Positions 39,494-48,249 of a stretch of DNA of 64,000 bases are shown here, one piece after another. Numbering within the stretch: the stretch's first letter is position 1; each line of letters starts with the position of its first letter. The position numbers and the translations under genes are program-made. The stretch comes from Tepidiformaceae bacterium (GTDB lineage Bacteria > Chloroflexota > Dehalococcoidia > Tepidiformales > Tepidiformaceae). The notes under the pieces were generated by a model. It searched no databases. It was given only the letters and a program-made list of their open reading frames with translations, and was not told where the DNA came from. The stretch lies in assembly GCA_965243075.1 (NCBI GenBank), contig OZ251525.1, forward strand, positions 2,144,348 through 2,208,347. The letters are read 5' to 3'.

Positions 39494-39802
39494 CTAGAGC
39501 TCGATCCGGAACGGACGCTCACGACGCCAGACAACATACCCGTGTAGCACTGCGCTATTACTGAGAACATCTTTTGCCCGGTAGTGTCTGCCTCCTGCAG
39601 CCACAAGCCATCGAGGGTCAGGATCATCGGGATGCCACTTTTCATACACAGCCTCGCCTTCGGGAAAGTGAGCAACAGCGACGGGAGAGTAAGCTGCCCT
39701 ATCCTCGATTTTCGCCCACTCGAAATCAAAGATAGGACCTTTCCAGTACCGCTCGATCGGAAACGGAAAAGGCTCGTAGATCACGGTCCACAACTCAGCC
39801 AT
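39494..39802 (-). CDS. hypothetical protein (102 aa), lower-GC orphan
   Basis: GGAG before the ATG. Ordinary composition (MAELWTVIYEPFPFPIERYWKGPIFDFEW...). Two hand-counted lines gave 48-57% G+C. Confidence 0.5.
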   Translation of the reverse strand: MAELWTVIYEPFPFPIERYWKGPIFDFEWAKIEDRAAYSPVAVAHFPEGEAVYEKWHPDDPDPRWLVAAGGRHYRAKDVLSNSAVLHGYVVWRRERPFRIEL

Positions 39803-39960
39803 CTCTCCATCCTTCAGGTCGAACTAGACCCCAAGTGTTTGGGGCGTCACCCGTCTCTCCGAGCTGCCGATCCTCATTCACGCAGCGCGGATAGTCTACC
39901 CATTCTCCCTGGTAGAGACTTTGGTGTCAAACTGCACGGCGCCCATCCCGCCACGCCCCG

Positions 39961-40998
39961 CTACTGCGTGGGCAGCGGGGATTGGCGCCAGGCGGGCAGA
40001 GCGCTCACCTCCACGCGCACGACCCACTTGACCCAGTGGTAGCCGCGACGACCGGGGGCCACCAGCCGCACGGGGAAGCCGTGGCCCGCGCTCAGCCGCT
40101 CGCCGCCCACCGCCGTGGCCAGCAGCAGGCGCGGGGCGTCGCCCAGGCCGAAGCGGCGGTCGTAGCCCGTGGCGGAGACGACGCGCACGCTGCGCGCGTT
40201 TGGGAGGGGTTCGGCGCGCGCGAGCAGGCCGGCGAGGGGCGCGCCGCTCCACTCCTGCACGGTGTACCAGCCGCCGGTGCAGTCGAGCGTGGCGCGGCGC
40301 GCGTCCGCGGCCAGCGCGAGGATGCCGTCGTAGTCGAGCGCGAGGGGCGCGCGCACGGCGCCGTCCACCACCAGCCGCCAGCGTTCGGGGGCGATGCGCT
40401 GGCGGCTGTCGGAGAGCCAGTTGGTGACGGGGTGGGCGTTGCCCGCGAAGCTGGCCTCTTCGCGCGAGCCGGTGAAGCGGCGGTCGGGGCCGGTGCGGGA
40501 GGCGGCGGCGGCGAGTCCGCGCGAGAGGGCCAGCCCGCCCGCGCCCACGGCCAGCAGGCGCAGGGCCGCGCGGCGGCTGGCGAATCCGGCGGCGCGCGGC
40601 CCCGGCCAGCGCAAGACGACGTGCAGGGCGAAGGGCGGCACGAGGGCGAGCGCGAGGATGGCATGGAGCACGAGCGGGCGCATGTCGCCGTAGAAGGGCA
40701 CGGCCAGCGCGCCCCGTCCCACGATGGCCCACCAGAGGCCGCTGAGCAGGACGCCGAGGAAGAGCGCGCCGAGCAGGGCGGGCGCGAACGACCAGAGTCC
40801 CGTGCCGCGCCGCGCGAAGGAGCGCGCCACGATGCGCCATTTCCAGCCGATGAGGAGCACGAGCGAGAGTCCGCCCGCGCCATGCAGCCAGAACACCCAG
40901 CGTCCGTCGGGCGAGCCCACGAGGAAGCTGCCGAGTCCGGATGCCAGCTCGAGCAGGAGCAGGGCGAAGATGGTGAGGTTGACGGCGCGCGCGCTCAT
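39961..40998 (-). CDS. molybdopterin-dependent oxidoreductase (sulfite-oxidase fold) with N-terminal membrane domain
   Basis: Several N-terminal TM helices, then LDCTGGWYTVQEWSGAPLAGLL and GFPVRLVAPGRRGYHWVKWV. Confidence 0.75.
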   Translation of the reverse strand: MSARAVNLTIFALLLLELASGLGSFLVGSPDGRWVFWLHGAGGLSLVLLIGWKWRIVARSFARRGTGLWSFAPALLGALFLGVLLSGLWWAIVGRGALAVPFYGDMRPLVLHAILALALVPPFALHVVLRWPGPRAAGFASRRAALRLLAVGAGGLALSRGLAAAASRTGPDRRFTGSREEASFAGNAHPVTNWLSDSRQRIAPERWRLVVDGAVRAPLALDYDGILALAADARRATLDCTGGWYTVQEWSGAPLAGLLARAEPLPNARSVRVVSATGYDRRFGLGDAPRLLLATAVGGERLSAGHGFPVRLVAPGRRGYHWVKWVVRVEVSALPAWRQSPLPTQ

Positions 40999-41540
40999 GG
41001 GACTAGCGGCCCTCTCGGTCCGGGGCACTCGCCTCCGGGGCCGATGCTGGTGTCGCATCGCGCGGAGTTGGCGATGAAATCGAAGAGCGCGTGAACGCCA
41101 GCGCCCGGATCGTCATCCGGCGTCTCGATATGTCGACAGATTTCTTCACCGGTCACTGCATCGAGACACAAGACCGATCCGGTATTGACGTCGTCGAGAA
41201 TTATAGCGTGACAACTTGCTGGCACATGTATGACTTCTCCATCGACAATTTGTTCATAAATGCATTGACTCATCTCGATGTCCTCGAATGAAATCCGCGC
41301 CCCTTCGGGAACACTGAACACAATCGGCGCTGGCTCAAGGTTGCCCCACGTTCCCTCATCGCGGACCCAATACGTTCCCGGTCCATCCGCCGTATCGCCG
41401 AAATCCAGTTCCCTCGGCGTGAAATCCGGTTCATTCGCGGAATCGCCCCGCGTTGCGACGACCACCAGCGCCGCCACGAGCGTGGCGAGGGCGGCAGCGC
41501 CCGCCACCGCCAGTCCGATTCGCCGCCGCCGGTCACGCAT
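40995..41540 (-). CDS. membrane-anchored/secreted Cys-containing hypothetical protein
   Basis: N-terminal Arg-rich segment plus a TM helix. The C-terminal domain is paralogous to the C-terminus of 41631..43064 (ALFDFIANSAR versus AIFDQIAASAR). Confidence 0.55.
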   Translation of the reverse strand: MRDRRRRIGLAVAGAAALATLVAALVVVATRGDSANEPDFTPRELDFGDTADGPGTYWVRDEGTWGNLEPAPIVFSVPEGARISFEDIEMSQCIYEQIVDGEVIHVPASCHAIILDDVNTGSVLCLDAVTGEEICRHIETPDDDPGAGVHALFDFIANSARCDTSIGPGGECPGPRGPLVP

Positions 41541-41630
41541 GGCCCGCTCCCCGCTCCATCCTACGCAGACGCGGCGCGGGGAGTGGGGCGGATTCGCACT
41601 ACACTTGGCCGAGGTTGACGGCCCGCGCGC

Positions 41631-43064
41631 TCATGGCTCCCGTCGCGCCGACGCCGCGATCTGGTCGAAGATCGCACGCAGGTCCGCAGCAGCTGGTCCA
41701 TCGCCCGGCACGCGCTTGACGAGGGGCGGCCCACCGCTCCGTCGCAGGCAGAGGCTCGAACCGGGGAGCGTCGTATCGGTCAGGCAGTAGCTGATACCCG
41801 AGATATCGTCATACGACATGTAGCGAAACACGATTCCCCGCGCATCGGCGGGAATGTCAAGGAGCAGATCGCGGAGGCCGCTGATCGAAAGCTGGTACGT
41901 CCGCCCACCGTCCAACGACGTCCCCGGCTCCACGACTGGTACGCCGCAGGTGGGGATGAGCAGTCGCGCCAGGTCGTTCCGCGCCACATGCCGCACGGGC
42001 TCCGGGACGCAGCCCGTCAGGGCGTTCCGGTCCAGCGCGAGCCTCGCGAGGGCCGACAGGTCCGCCAGTTCCGGCGGGACCGAGCCGGTGAGACCCCGCG
42101 AACGGAGCGCCAGTTCCGTCACGCGCCGGGGCGTGCCGGAGACGGTCACGCCATCCCATTGGGTAACGGGAACGCCCGCGCTCCAGTTCAGCGAACCGCC
42201 GTCGCCCGCCAGCGCGTCGCGCGCGGCCAGCAGCGTCGCGCAGTCCGCCGCCAGCGCCGCATCCGCGCAGGACGGCGGCGGGGGCGGCGTCAACGCGATC
42301 ATGGCGTCGCCGTAGCGGTAACGCCCCGTGACGCTCAAGCCGTCGTCAAGCGGCAACGGAATGGTCCCCAGTTCCCGCCAGGAACCGCCTTCGGGGCGCG
42401 CCGAAAGGTGGATGCGCCGCCCGTCGCGCACGTCCTGCCAGACGCGCACCTCGACGGGCGTCGCCCATCGCAATTCGGCGACCGGCGCGGGCGCGATACG
42501 CGTGGCGCTGGAGATGCGATCAAGGAACGCATTGACGGCGTCTTCGGTCTCCGCGTCCGTTGTCTGCATCCGTCGCTTCGTCTCCCCGCCGGTACGCGCA
42601 TCGTAGTAGACGTGGGAACCAGTCTTTGTGTCTCCGACAATGAACGCTTGCACCTTGTAATTCCCGCCCTCGACCACCGTAAACCATGACAGATTCCTGT
42701 CCGCGGGAACCCTGATGAGAAGCGGGGCGTCATACTGGCTACGGGAGTAGTAGTCATCGAGAAAATAGTATCCTTCCCCAAGCCTGTAGCCCCTGTTGGC
42801 CGCAACGGGCGCGGCTCCGAGCGTGATGTCCCCATAGCGGTAACGCCCCGCATTGCTGAGACCGTCGAGCCATAGCGGGACCGTCCCCAGCTGCGCCCAG
42901 GAGCCGCCCTCGGGGCGCGCCGAGAGCCAGAGGCGCCGTTCGTCGCGCACATCCTGCCAGACGCGCAGCTCCACCTTCAGCTTCGGCGGCGCTTCCGCGG
43001 CGGCGTCGGCCGCGACGGAGACGGCCAGCGCGACGAGAAGAAGCGCGACGACGGCGTTCTTCAC
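41631..43064 (-). CDS. secreted protein with an internal ~55-aa repeat, LRR segment and shared C-terminal domain
   Basis: Signal peptide MKNAVVALLLVALAVSVAADA. The motif RVWQDVRD.RR..LSARPEGGSW..LGT.PL occurs twice. LRR-like LTGSVPPELADLSALARLALDRNALTGCVP is present. GTG start. Confidence 0.65.
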   Translation of the reverse strand: MKNAVVALLLVALAVSVAADAAAEAPPKLKVELRVWQDVRDERRLWLSARPEGGSWAQLGTVPLWLDGLSNAGRYRYGDITLGAAPVAANRGYRLGEGYYFLDDYYSRSQYDAPLLIRVPADRNLSWFTVVEGGNYKVQAFIVGDTKTGSHVYYDARTGGETKRRMQTTDAETEDAVNAFLDRISSATRIAPAPVAELRWATPVEVRVWQDVRDGRRIHLSARPEGGSWRELGTIPLPLDDGLSVTGRYRYGDAMIALTPPPPPSCADAALAADCATLLAARDALAGDGGSLNWSAGVPVTQWDGVTVSGTPRRVTELALRSRGLTGSVPPELADLSALARLALDRNALTGCVPEPVRHVARNDLARLLIPTCGVPVVEPGTSLDGGRTYQLSISGLRDLLLDIPADARGIVFRYMSYDDISGISYCLTDTTLPGSSLCLRRSGGPPLVKRVPGDGPAAADLRAIFDQIAASARREP

Positions 43065-43110
43065 GGCATCCCCCGTCGCATCCTACACGGGGGCGGCGGC
43101 GGATTCGCGC

Positions 43111-43116
43111 TACACT
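43111..43116 (+). promoter_or_regulatory. putative -10 box TACACT, leaderless pepP-like transcript
   Basis: TACACT is followed 6 nt later by ATG 43123, with no SD. Confidence 0.4.
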
Positions 43117-43122
43117 AGGGAC

Positions 43123-44526
43123 ATGGCGGATGGCGCGGATTCGGCGGCGGCGCACGCGGCGGCGCGGCGCGAGCGGGCGGCGGCGCGCTGGGGATTGACG
43201 CGCGGCGCCGTGCTCGTGCCCGCCGGGCTGCCCCCGCCCATCGCGGGCACGGACCAGTTCCACGAGTTCCACGCCCATCCCGAACACCGCTACCTGGCGG
43301 GCACGGCGCTGGCCGGCTCGGTGCTCGCCTACGACCCGGGCGAGGGCTGGACGCTGTTCGCGCCCGTGCCCGACGCGGAGACGCGCGTGTGGACCGGCGA
43401 CGGCCCCCCGCTGGCGGCGCTGGCGCGCGAATCGGGGCTGGAGCGCGTGGCCCCCGCGTCCGCGCTGGGCGGCTGGCTCGAACGGCGGCGCGGCGAGCCC
43501 CTCGCCCTCATCGGCAACGACGACATCGCGGAGCGCGCGGCGGAGTACGGCGTCGGCTCGTGGCGCGCGCTGGAGCCCGTCGTCGACGCGGAGGCGGGCG
43601 CGCGCCTGAGCGCGGTCGTGGCGGATCTTCGGCGGGCGAAGGACGCGCGCGAGCTGGCGCTCATGCGGGAGGCGGCGGCGGCCACCCACCGCGGACACAT
43701 GGCGGGGCTGCGCAAGGCGCGCGCGGGCATGTCGGAGCGCGCCCTGCAGGTCGAGATCGAGGTCGAATTCTTCCGCGCGGGGGCGGCGCGCACGGCCTAC
43801 GGCACGATCGTGGGGGGCGGCCCGAACGCGGCCACGCTGCACTTCTCGCCCACCGCGCGCCCCTTCGCCGAGGGCGAGCTGATCCTCGTGGACGCGGGCG
43901 CGGAGGTGGGCGGCTACGCCAGCGACGTGACGCGCACCTACCCCGCGGGCGCGCGCTTCACGGGCATCCAGCGCGACCTCTACGCGCTCGTGCTGGCCGT
44001 GCAGGAGCGCGCCATCGCGGGAGCGCGGCCGGGCGTCGAATACCGCGACCTGCACCTCGCCGCCAGCCTCGACGTGGCGCGCGGGCTGGCCGACCTCGGC
44101 CTGCTGCGGGGGACGTCGCAGGCGCTCGTGGAGCGCGACGCGCAGGCGCTCTTCTTCCCCCACGGGCTGGGGCACCTGCTGGGGCTGGCCACGCACGACG
44201 CGGGCGGCTGCCTCGCCGGGCGCGAGCCGGACGGGCGCCCCACGCTGCGTTACCTGCGCGCCGACCTGCCCCTGCGGCCGGGCTACGTGGTCACCATCGA
44301 GCCCGGCGTCTACTTCATTCGCGCGCTGCTGGAGGATCCCGCCCTGCGCGAGCGCCACCGCGAGGCCGTGGACTGGGAGCGCGTGGACGGGATGCTCGAT
44401 TTCGGCGGCATCCGCATTGAGGACGACGTGCTGGTGACCGCGGACGGCGCGCATTCGCTGTCGGCGGCCACGCCCAAGGCGCTGGACGCGATCGAGGAGA
44501 TACGGCGCGAGGCGCTGGAGGCGTGA
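43123..44526 (+). CDS. Xaa-Pro aminopeptidase (M24B)
   Basis: LVDAGAEVGGYASDVTRT, HGLGHLLGLATHD and TIEPGVY metal-ligand motifs. Confidence 0.85.
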   Translation: MADGADSAAAHAAARRERAAARWGLTRGAVLVPAGLPPPIAGTDQFHEFHAHPEHRYLAGTALAGSVLAYDPGEGWTLFAPVPDAETRVWTGDGPPLAALARESGLERVAPASALGGWLERRRGEPLALIGNDDIAERAAEYGVGSWRALEPVVDAEAGARLSAVVADLRRAKDARELALMREAAAATHRGHMAGLRKARAGMSERALQVEIEVEFFRAGAARTAYGTIVGGGPNAATLHFSPTARPFAEGELILVDAGAEVGGYASDVTRTYPAGARFTGIQRDLYALVLAVQERAIAGARPGVEYRDLHLAASLDVARGLADLGLLRGTSQALVERDAQALFFPHGLGHLLGLATHDAGGCLAGREPDGRPTLRYLRADLPLRPGYVVTIEPGVYFIRALLEDPALRERHREAVDWERVDGMLDFGGIRIEDDVLVTADGAHSLSAATPKALDAIEEIRREALEA

Positions 44527-46649
44527 GCGAGCCGCTCACCATCGAACGCGTCGCGCGCTACCCGCGCCCGGGGCTGGGCGGCCCCACGCGCTGGGCCTTC
44601 ACGCCCGACGGACGCGGCGTCGTCTGTCTCGCCAGCGAGGACGGCGGGCTGGTGCGGAGCCTGCGACTGTACGACGTGGCGGGCGGCGCGTGGCGCACGC
44701 TGGCCGGTCCGGCGGCGGCGCACGGCGAACCCCCGTCGCGCGAGGAGGAGCTGCGCCGCGAGCGCGCCCGCCAGCGCGACCTCGGCGTGACCGACTACCG
44801 CTTCGCGCGCGCGGCCCCCGAACGCGCCATCCTGCTGCCCGGCGGCGAGGTTCCGCGCCTCGTCGCCGGCGACGCCGAAGCGGTGGCCGTGCGCGGCGCG
44901 GAGGGCGCCATCACGCCGCGCCCGAGCGAGGACGGCGCCCGCGTGGCCTTCGCGCGCGACGGCGAGCTGTACGTCGTGGACGCGCGGGGCGGCGCGGCGC
45001 GACGGCTCACGCACGGCGCGGAGGACGGCCTCACGCACGGCCTCGCCGACTTCATCGCGCAGGAGGAGTTCGACCAGTCGGACGGCTTCTGGTGGTCGCC
45101 CGATGGCGCGCGCCTCGCCTTCCTGCGCGTCGATGCGCGCCACGTGCCCCCCTTCCCCATCGTCCACCAGGGCCGCGCCGACGTGGAAACGGAGCACCAC
45201 CGCTACCCCTTCGCGGGCCAGGCCAACGCGCATGTGCGGCTGGGCGTGGTTCCCGTGGACGGCGGCGAGCCGGTGTGGATGGACCTCGGGCCGGAGGAGG
45301 ACGACCAGTACCTGCCGCGCGTGTGCTGGCGGCGCGACGGCCTGCTCGCGGGCCTCGTGCTCAGCCGCGACCAGACGCGCCTCTCCCTGCGCCTCTTCGA
45401 CCCCCAAACGGGCGCGGTCACGCGCGCGCTGGAGGAGCGCGGCGAACCCTGGCTCAACGTCGGCGACTTCCGCTTCCTCGATACGGGCGAGCTGCTGTGG
45501 TCGAGCGAGCGCGACGGCTTCCGCCACCTCTACCTCTACGACGCGGAGTTGGCGCGGGCGCGCGCGCTCACGTCCGGCGGCTGGGCGGTCACGCGCATCG
45601 TGGAGGTGGACGAGGGCGGGCGCGCGGCCTTCTTCACGGCCACGCGCGAGGGCGCCACCGAGCGCCACCTCTACCGCGTGGGGCTGGACGGCGGCCCCGT
45701 CGAGCGCCTCACGCACGCGCCCGGCGTCCACGCCTGCGCCGTCGCCCCCGACGGGAGCGCCTTCATCGACACCGTCTCCTCGCGCGGACGCGCGCCCATG
45801 ACCACGCTGCGCCGCGCGCGCGACGGCGCGGCCATCGCCATGCTCCACGAGCAGCCGCAAGGGGAGGCGAGCGCCGACGCGCTGGGCCTGCGCCCGCCCG
45901 AACCGCGTACGGTGGCGGCGGCGGACGGCGCGCCCCTCGACGCCGCCCTCTACCGGCCCGACGGCGCGCCCCCCTGGCCCCTCGTCGTCTCCGTCTACGG
46001 CGGGCCGCACGCCCAGCGCGTGCTCGACGACTGGGCGCTCACCGTGGACCTGCGCGCCCAGTACCTGGCGCAGCGCGGCTACGCCGTGCTGGCGGTGGAC
46101 AACCGCGGCGCGGCCAACCGCGGCCTCGCCTTCGAGGCCCACCTCCACCGCCGCATGGGCACGGTCGAAATCGACGACCAGGCGGCGGCGGTCGAGCAAC
46201 TGGCCGCCGAGGGCCTCATCGACCGCGAGCGCGTCGGCGTCTACGGCTGGAGCTACGGCGGCTACCTGACCTGCATGGCGCTCATGCGCCGCCCCGACCT
46301 CTTCCGCGCGGGCGTGGCGGGCGCGCCCGTGGCCGACTGGGACGGCTACGACACGGGCTACACCGAGCGCTATATGGGGACGCCCGCGGACAACCCCGAC
46401 GGCTACCGCGAGGGCGCGCTCGCGACGCACGCGGCCAGCCTGCGCGGCAAGCTGCTGCTGGTGCACGGGCTGGTGGACGAGAACGTGCATTTCCGGCACA
46501 CGGCGCGGCTCATCGAGGCGCTCACGGCGGCGGGCCGCGACTACGGCCTGCTGCTCTTCCCGGAGGAGCGGCACATGCCGCGCGCCGCCGCCGGGCTGGA
46601 GTACCTGGAGCGCCGCCTCGTCGCTTGGTTCGACGAGCACCTGGCGTAG
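44523..46649 (+). CDS. S9 family dipeptidyl-peptidase IV / prolyl oligopeptidase-like serine peptidase
   Basis: Beta-propeller N-terminus (FIAQEEFDQSDGFWWSPDG), with GWSYGGY (nucleophile Ser) and LLVHGLVDENVHF in the C-terminal domain. GTG start overlaps the upstream stop. Confidence 0.85.
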   Translation: MSEPLTIERVARYPRPGLGGPTRWAFTPDGRGVVCLASEDGGLVRSLRLYDVAGGAWRTLAGPAAAHGEPPSREEELRRERARQRDLGVTDYRFARAAPERAILLPGGEVPRLVAGDAEAVAVRGAEGAITPRPSEDGARVAFARDGELYVVDARGGAARRLTHGAEDGLTHGLADFIAQEEFDQSDGFWWSPDGARLAFLRVDARHVPPFPIVHQGRADVETEHHRYPFAGQANAHVRLGVVPVDGGEPVWMDLGPEEDDQYLPRVCWRRDGLLAGLVLSRDQTRLSLRLFDPQTGAVTRALEERGEPWLNVGDFRFLDTGELLWSSERDGFRHLYLYDAELARARALTSGGWAVTRIVEVDEGGRAAFFTATREGATERHLYRVGLDGGPVERLTHAPGVHACAVAPDGSAFIDTVSSRGRAPMTTLRRARDGAAIAMLHEQPQGEASADALGLRPPEPRTVAAADGAPLDAALYRPDGAPPWPLVVSVYGGPHAQRVLDDWALTVDLRAQYLAQRGYAVLAVDNRGAANRGLAFEAHLHRRMGTVEIDDQAAAVEQLAAEGLIDRERVGVYGWSYGGYLTCMALMRRPDLFRAGVAGAPVADWDGYDTGYTERYMGTPADNPDGYREGALATHAASLRGKLLLVHGLVDENVHFRHTARLIEALTAAGRDYGLLLFPEERHMPRAAAGLEYLERRLVAWFDEHLA

Positions 46650-46748
46650 GGGTTGCGAACGCCCGTGCCGCCGATGCGGTAGGGTGACCGCCCGATGGAG
46701 CAGATCATCGCTGAACTGCGTATCGAAGGCATCCGGCAGTAGATATGG

Positions 46749-48137
46749 TTACCCTACCGCAAAATGTTTTGGTAGATACGTAACTCGACCCCACACACTA
46801 ACTTTCAGTCCATCTCGGATCATCGCTTCCTCCATTTGTTTTCGCGCACCCCTTTCCCACTTGATATTCAGTTCTTCCGGGCTAATGCCAGCCACCGCGT
46901 TTGTGAAATTTCGAGAAAAATCTCCATCAGTTTCAAGCCGAGATAAAGTTTCCATGAATCGATATTTTGGTGCAATAACCCAAGTTGTGAATCGCGTAGT
47001 ATTCTCATTCATCAAATACAGCAGGTCCGAAGTAAACAGCCAGAACCCAATGAGTGCTTGCATTGTCTCAGCGTCGCCAAAGTATCGCATTGCGAAATCA
47101 TCAGTTTGCTGGTTAATAATTCTCGCCGCAATGTGTGCATTATTGTGCACAATATAAGGGTGGTAGAAACTATCAAATTGTGTGAAATCAACCCTCTGAT
47201 TTCCTCCGATGCTAACTGGGGTATGGAGCAATTGCTTTACAGCTCCCCAGTTCTCATTCTCAAGTGCATACGCTCCCCACACCACCCACGTACGGAGTGC
47301 CAACATTGGGCCGTAACTAGCAACTATATTCTGAGACTTTTCTGGAAGTCTGTAAGCCTTAGACAGAGCACGCATCAGATCGGGAATGGCACTATCTTGG
47401 TTATTCTCGATCACTTTAAATCCCAGATCATCAATGGGATTCCACGGAGAAAGAAAGGATGGCTGAATGGAAAGGACGGCTTCTTCTCGAGATAGATCTG
47501 CAGATTTCTCACCGAAAATTATAGACTGTTCCGGAATAATGCGATTGATCCACTGCTTTTCACAGTTTTCAATGGCGCGTCGTATTTCGTGCTTCATTTC
47601 CCTCAATGTCTTGGGAAATTCAACTCTCCGATAGTCGAAATAAGGTTCCGGTGGTCGATCTTTGACGATCTGAGTGAGTTGATCCGTGAGGTTAGGCAAA
47701 TCGTTCAAGCTATAGGATATATGCCGAATATGCCGGGAATCAAACGGAATGCTTTTCGTATCCTGAGTCACGAGGATAACATTCTCCTTAACGGTATGAG
47801 CGATCCCCACTTCGTAATAGACGTTCATGTTCTCCTTGCCTTCACTATCAGGGGACATGTCCGCCACAATAATTTCAGCCTCGGCAATACCTTTCAGAAT
47901 GCCTTCCATCACGGCACCGGAATGGAATTCCTTAGGCTGGTCGGCACGAACCGCTTCGTACCCTGCGGCTTCAATTGCCGCCTCAATCGCTTCGTAGACA
48001 GGGTCGAACTCCGGCGCGAAGGGCATGAGGATAAACCCGCTGTGGCGGGGCGGGACGGGCGAGCCCTGAAAGAAGAAGTGCTTCGGGTAGATGGAGCGCG
48101 CCTCGGTGGGATCAGTCACCCCCGCAGGGTAGCACAT
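46749..48137 (-). CDS. TIR-like / nucleoside 2-deoxyribosyltransferase-like N-terminal domain fused to a large unknown helical C-terminal domain
   Basis: GFILMPFAPEFDPVYEAIEAAIEAAGYEAVRADQ...IAEAEIIVADMS...NMNVYYEVGIAHTVKENVILV is a Rossmannoid pattern with a candidate catalytic Glu. Only the last 462 codons of ORF 46749..48815 look real. The start is uncertain (ATG 48137 or GTG 48119). Two hand-counted 60-nt lines gave 38-40% G+C, against 67% in the adjacent gene. Confidence 0.7.
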   Translation of the reverse strand: MCYPAGVTDPTEARSIYPKHFFFQGSPVPPRHSGFILMPFAPEFDPVYEAIEAAIEAAGYEAVRADQPKEFHSGAVMEGILKGIAEAEIIVADMSPDSEGKENMNVYYEVGIAHTVKENVILVTQDTKSIPFDSRHIRHISYSLNDLPNLTDQLTQIVKDRPPEPYFDYRRVEFPKTLREMKHEIRRAIENCEKQWINRIIPEQSIIFGEKSADLSREEAVLSIQPSFLSPWNPIDDLGFKVIENNQDSAIPDLMRALSKAYRLPEKSQNIVASYGPMLALRTWVVWGAYALENENWGAVKQLLHTPVSIGGNQRVDFTQFDSFYHPYIVHNNAHIAARIINQQTDDFAMRYFGDAETMQALIGFWLFTSDLLYLMNENTTRFTTWVIAPKYRFMETLSRLETDGDFSRNFTNAVAGISPEELNIKWERGARKQMEEAMIRDGLKVSVWGRVTYLPKHFAVG

Positions 48138-48173
48138 GCGGCGGATGTGCGCGCGCGGTTGCCTGCGACGGGC

Positions 48174-48179
48174 TAGAAT
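48174..48179 (+). promoter_or_regulatory. putative -10 box TAGAAT upstream of 48250
   Basis: TAGAAT lies in the divergent intergenic region. A GAAGGAG SD precedes ATG 48250. Confidence 0.35.
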
Positions 48180-48249
48180 CGGGGTGCATGGTGCGAGGGC
48201 GCGGGGCTTCATGGGCCGCTCACGCGCTCCGACGCGAAGGAGTGTCCCC

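Noticed and set aside
46675-46760. Imperfect inverted repeat GCGGTAGGGTGACC / GGTTACCCTACCGC between the convergent peptidase and TIR-like genes; considered as a bidirectional terminator or island boundary
   Set aside because: The arms are separated by about 58 nt, far too long a loop for an intrinsic terminator. One arm is simply the last codons of the TIR-like gene. I cannot distinguish chance from function by eye. A 15-codon ORF in the loop (MEQIIAELRIEGIRQ) is too short to call.
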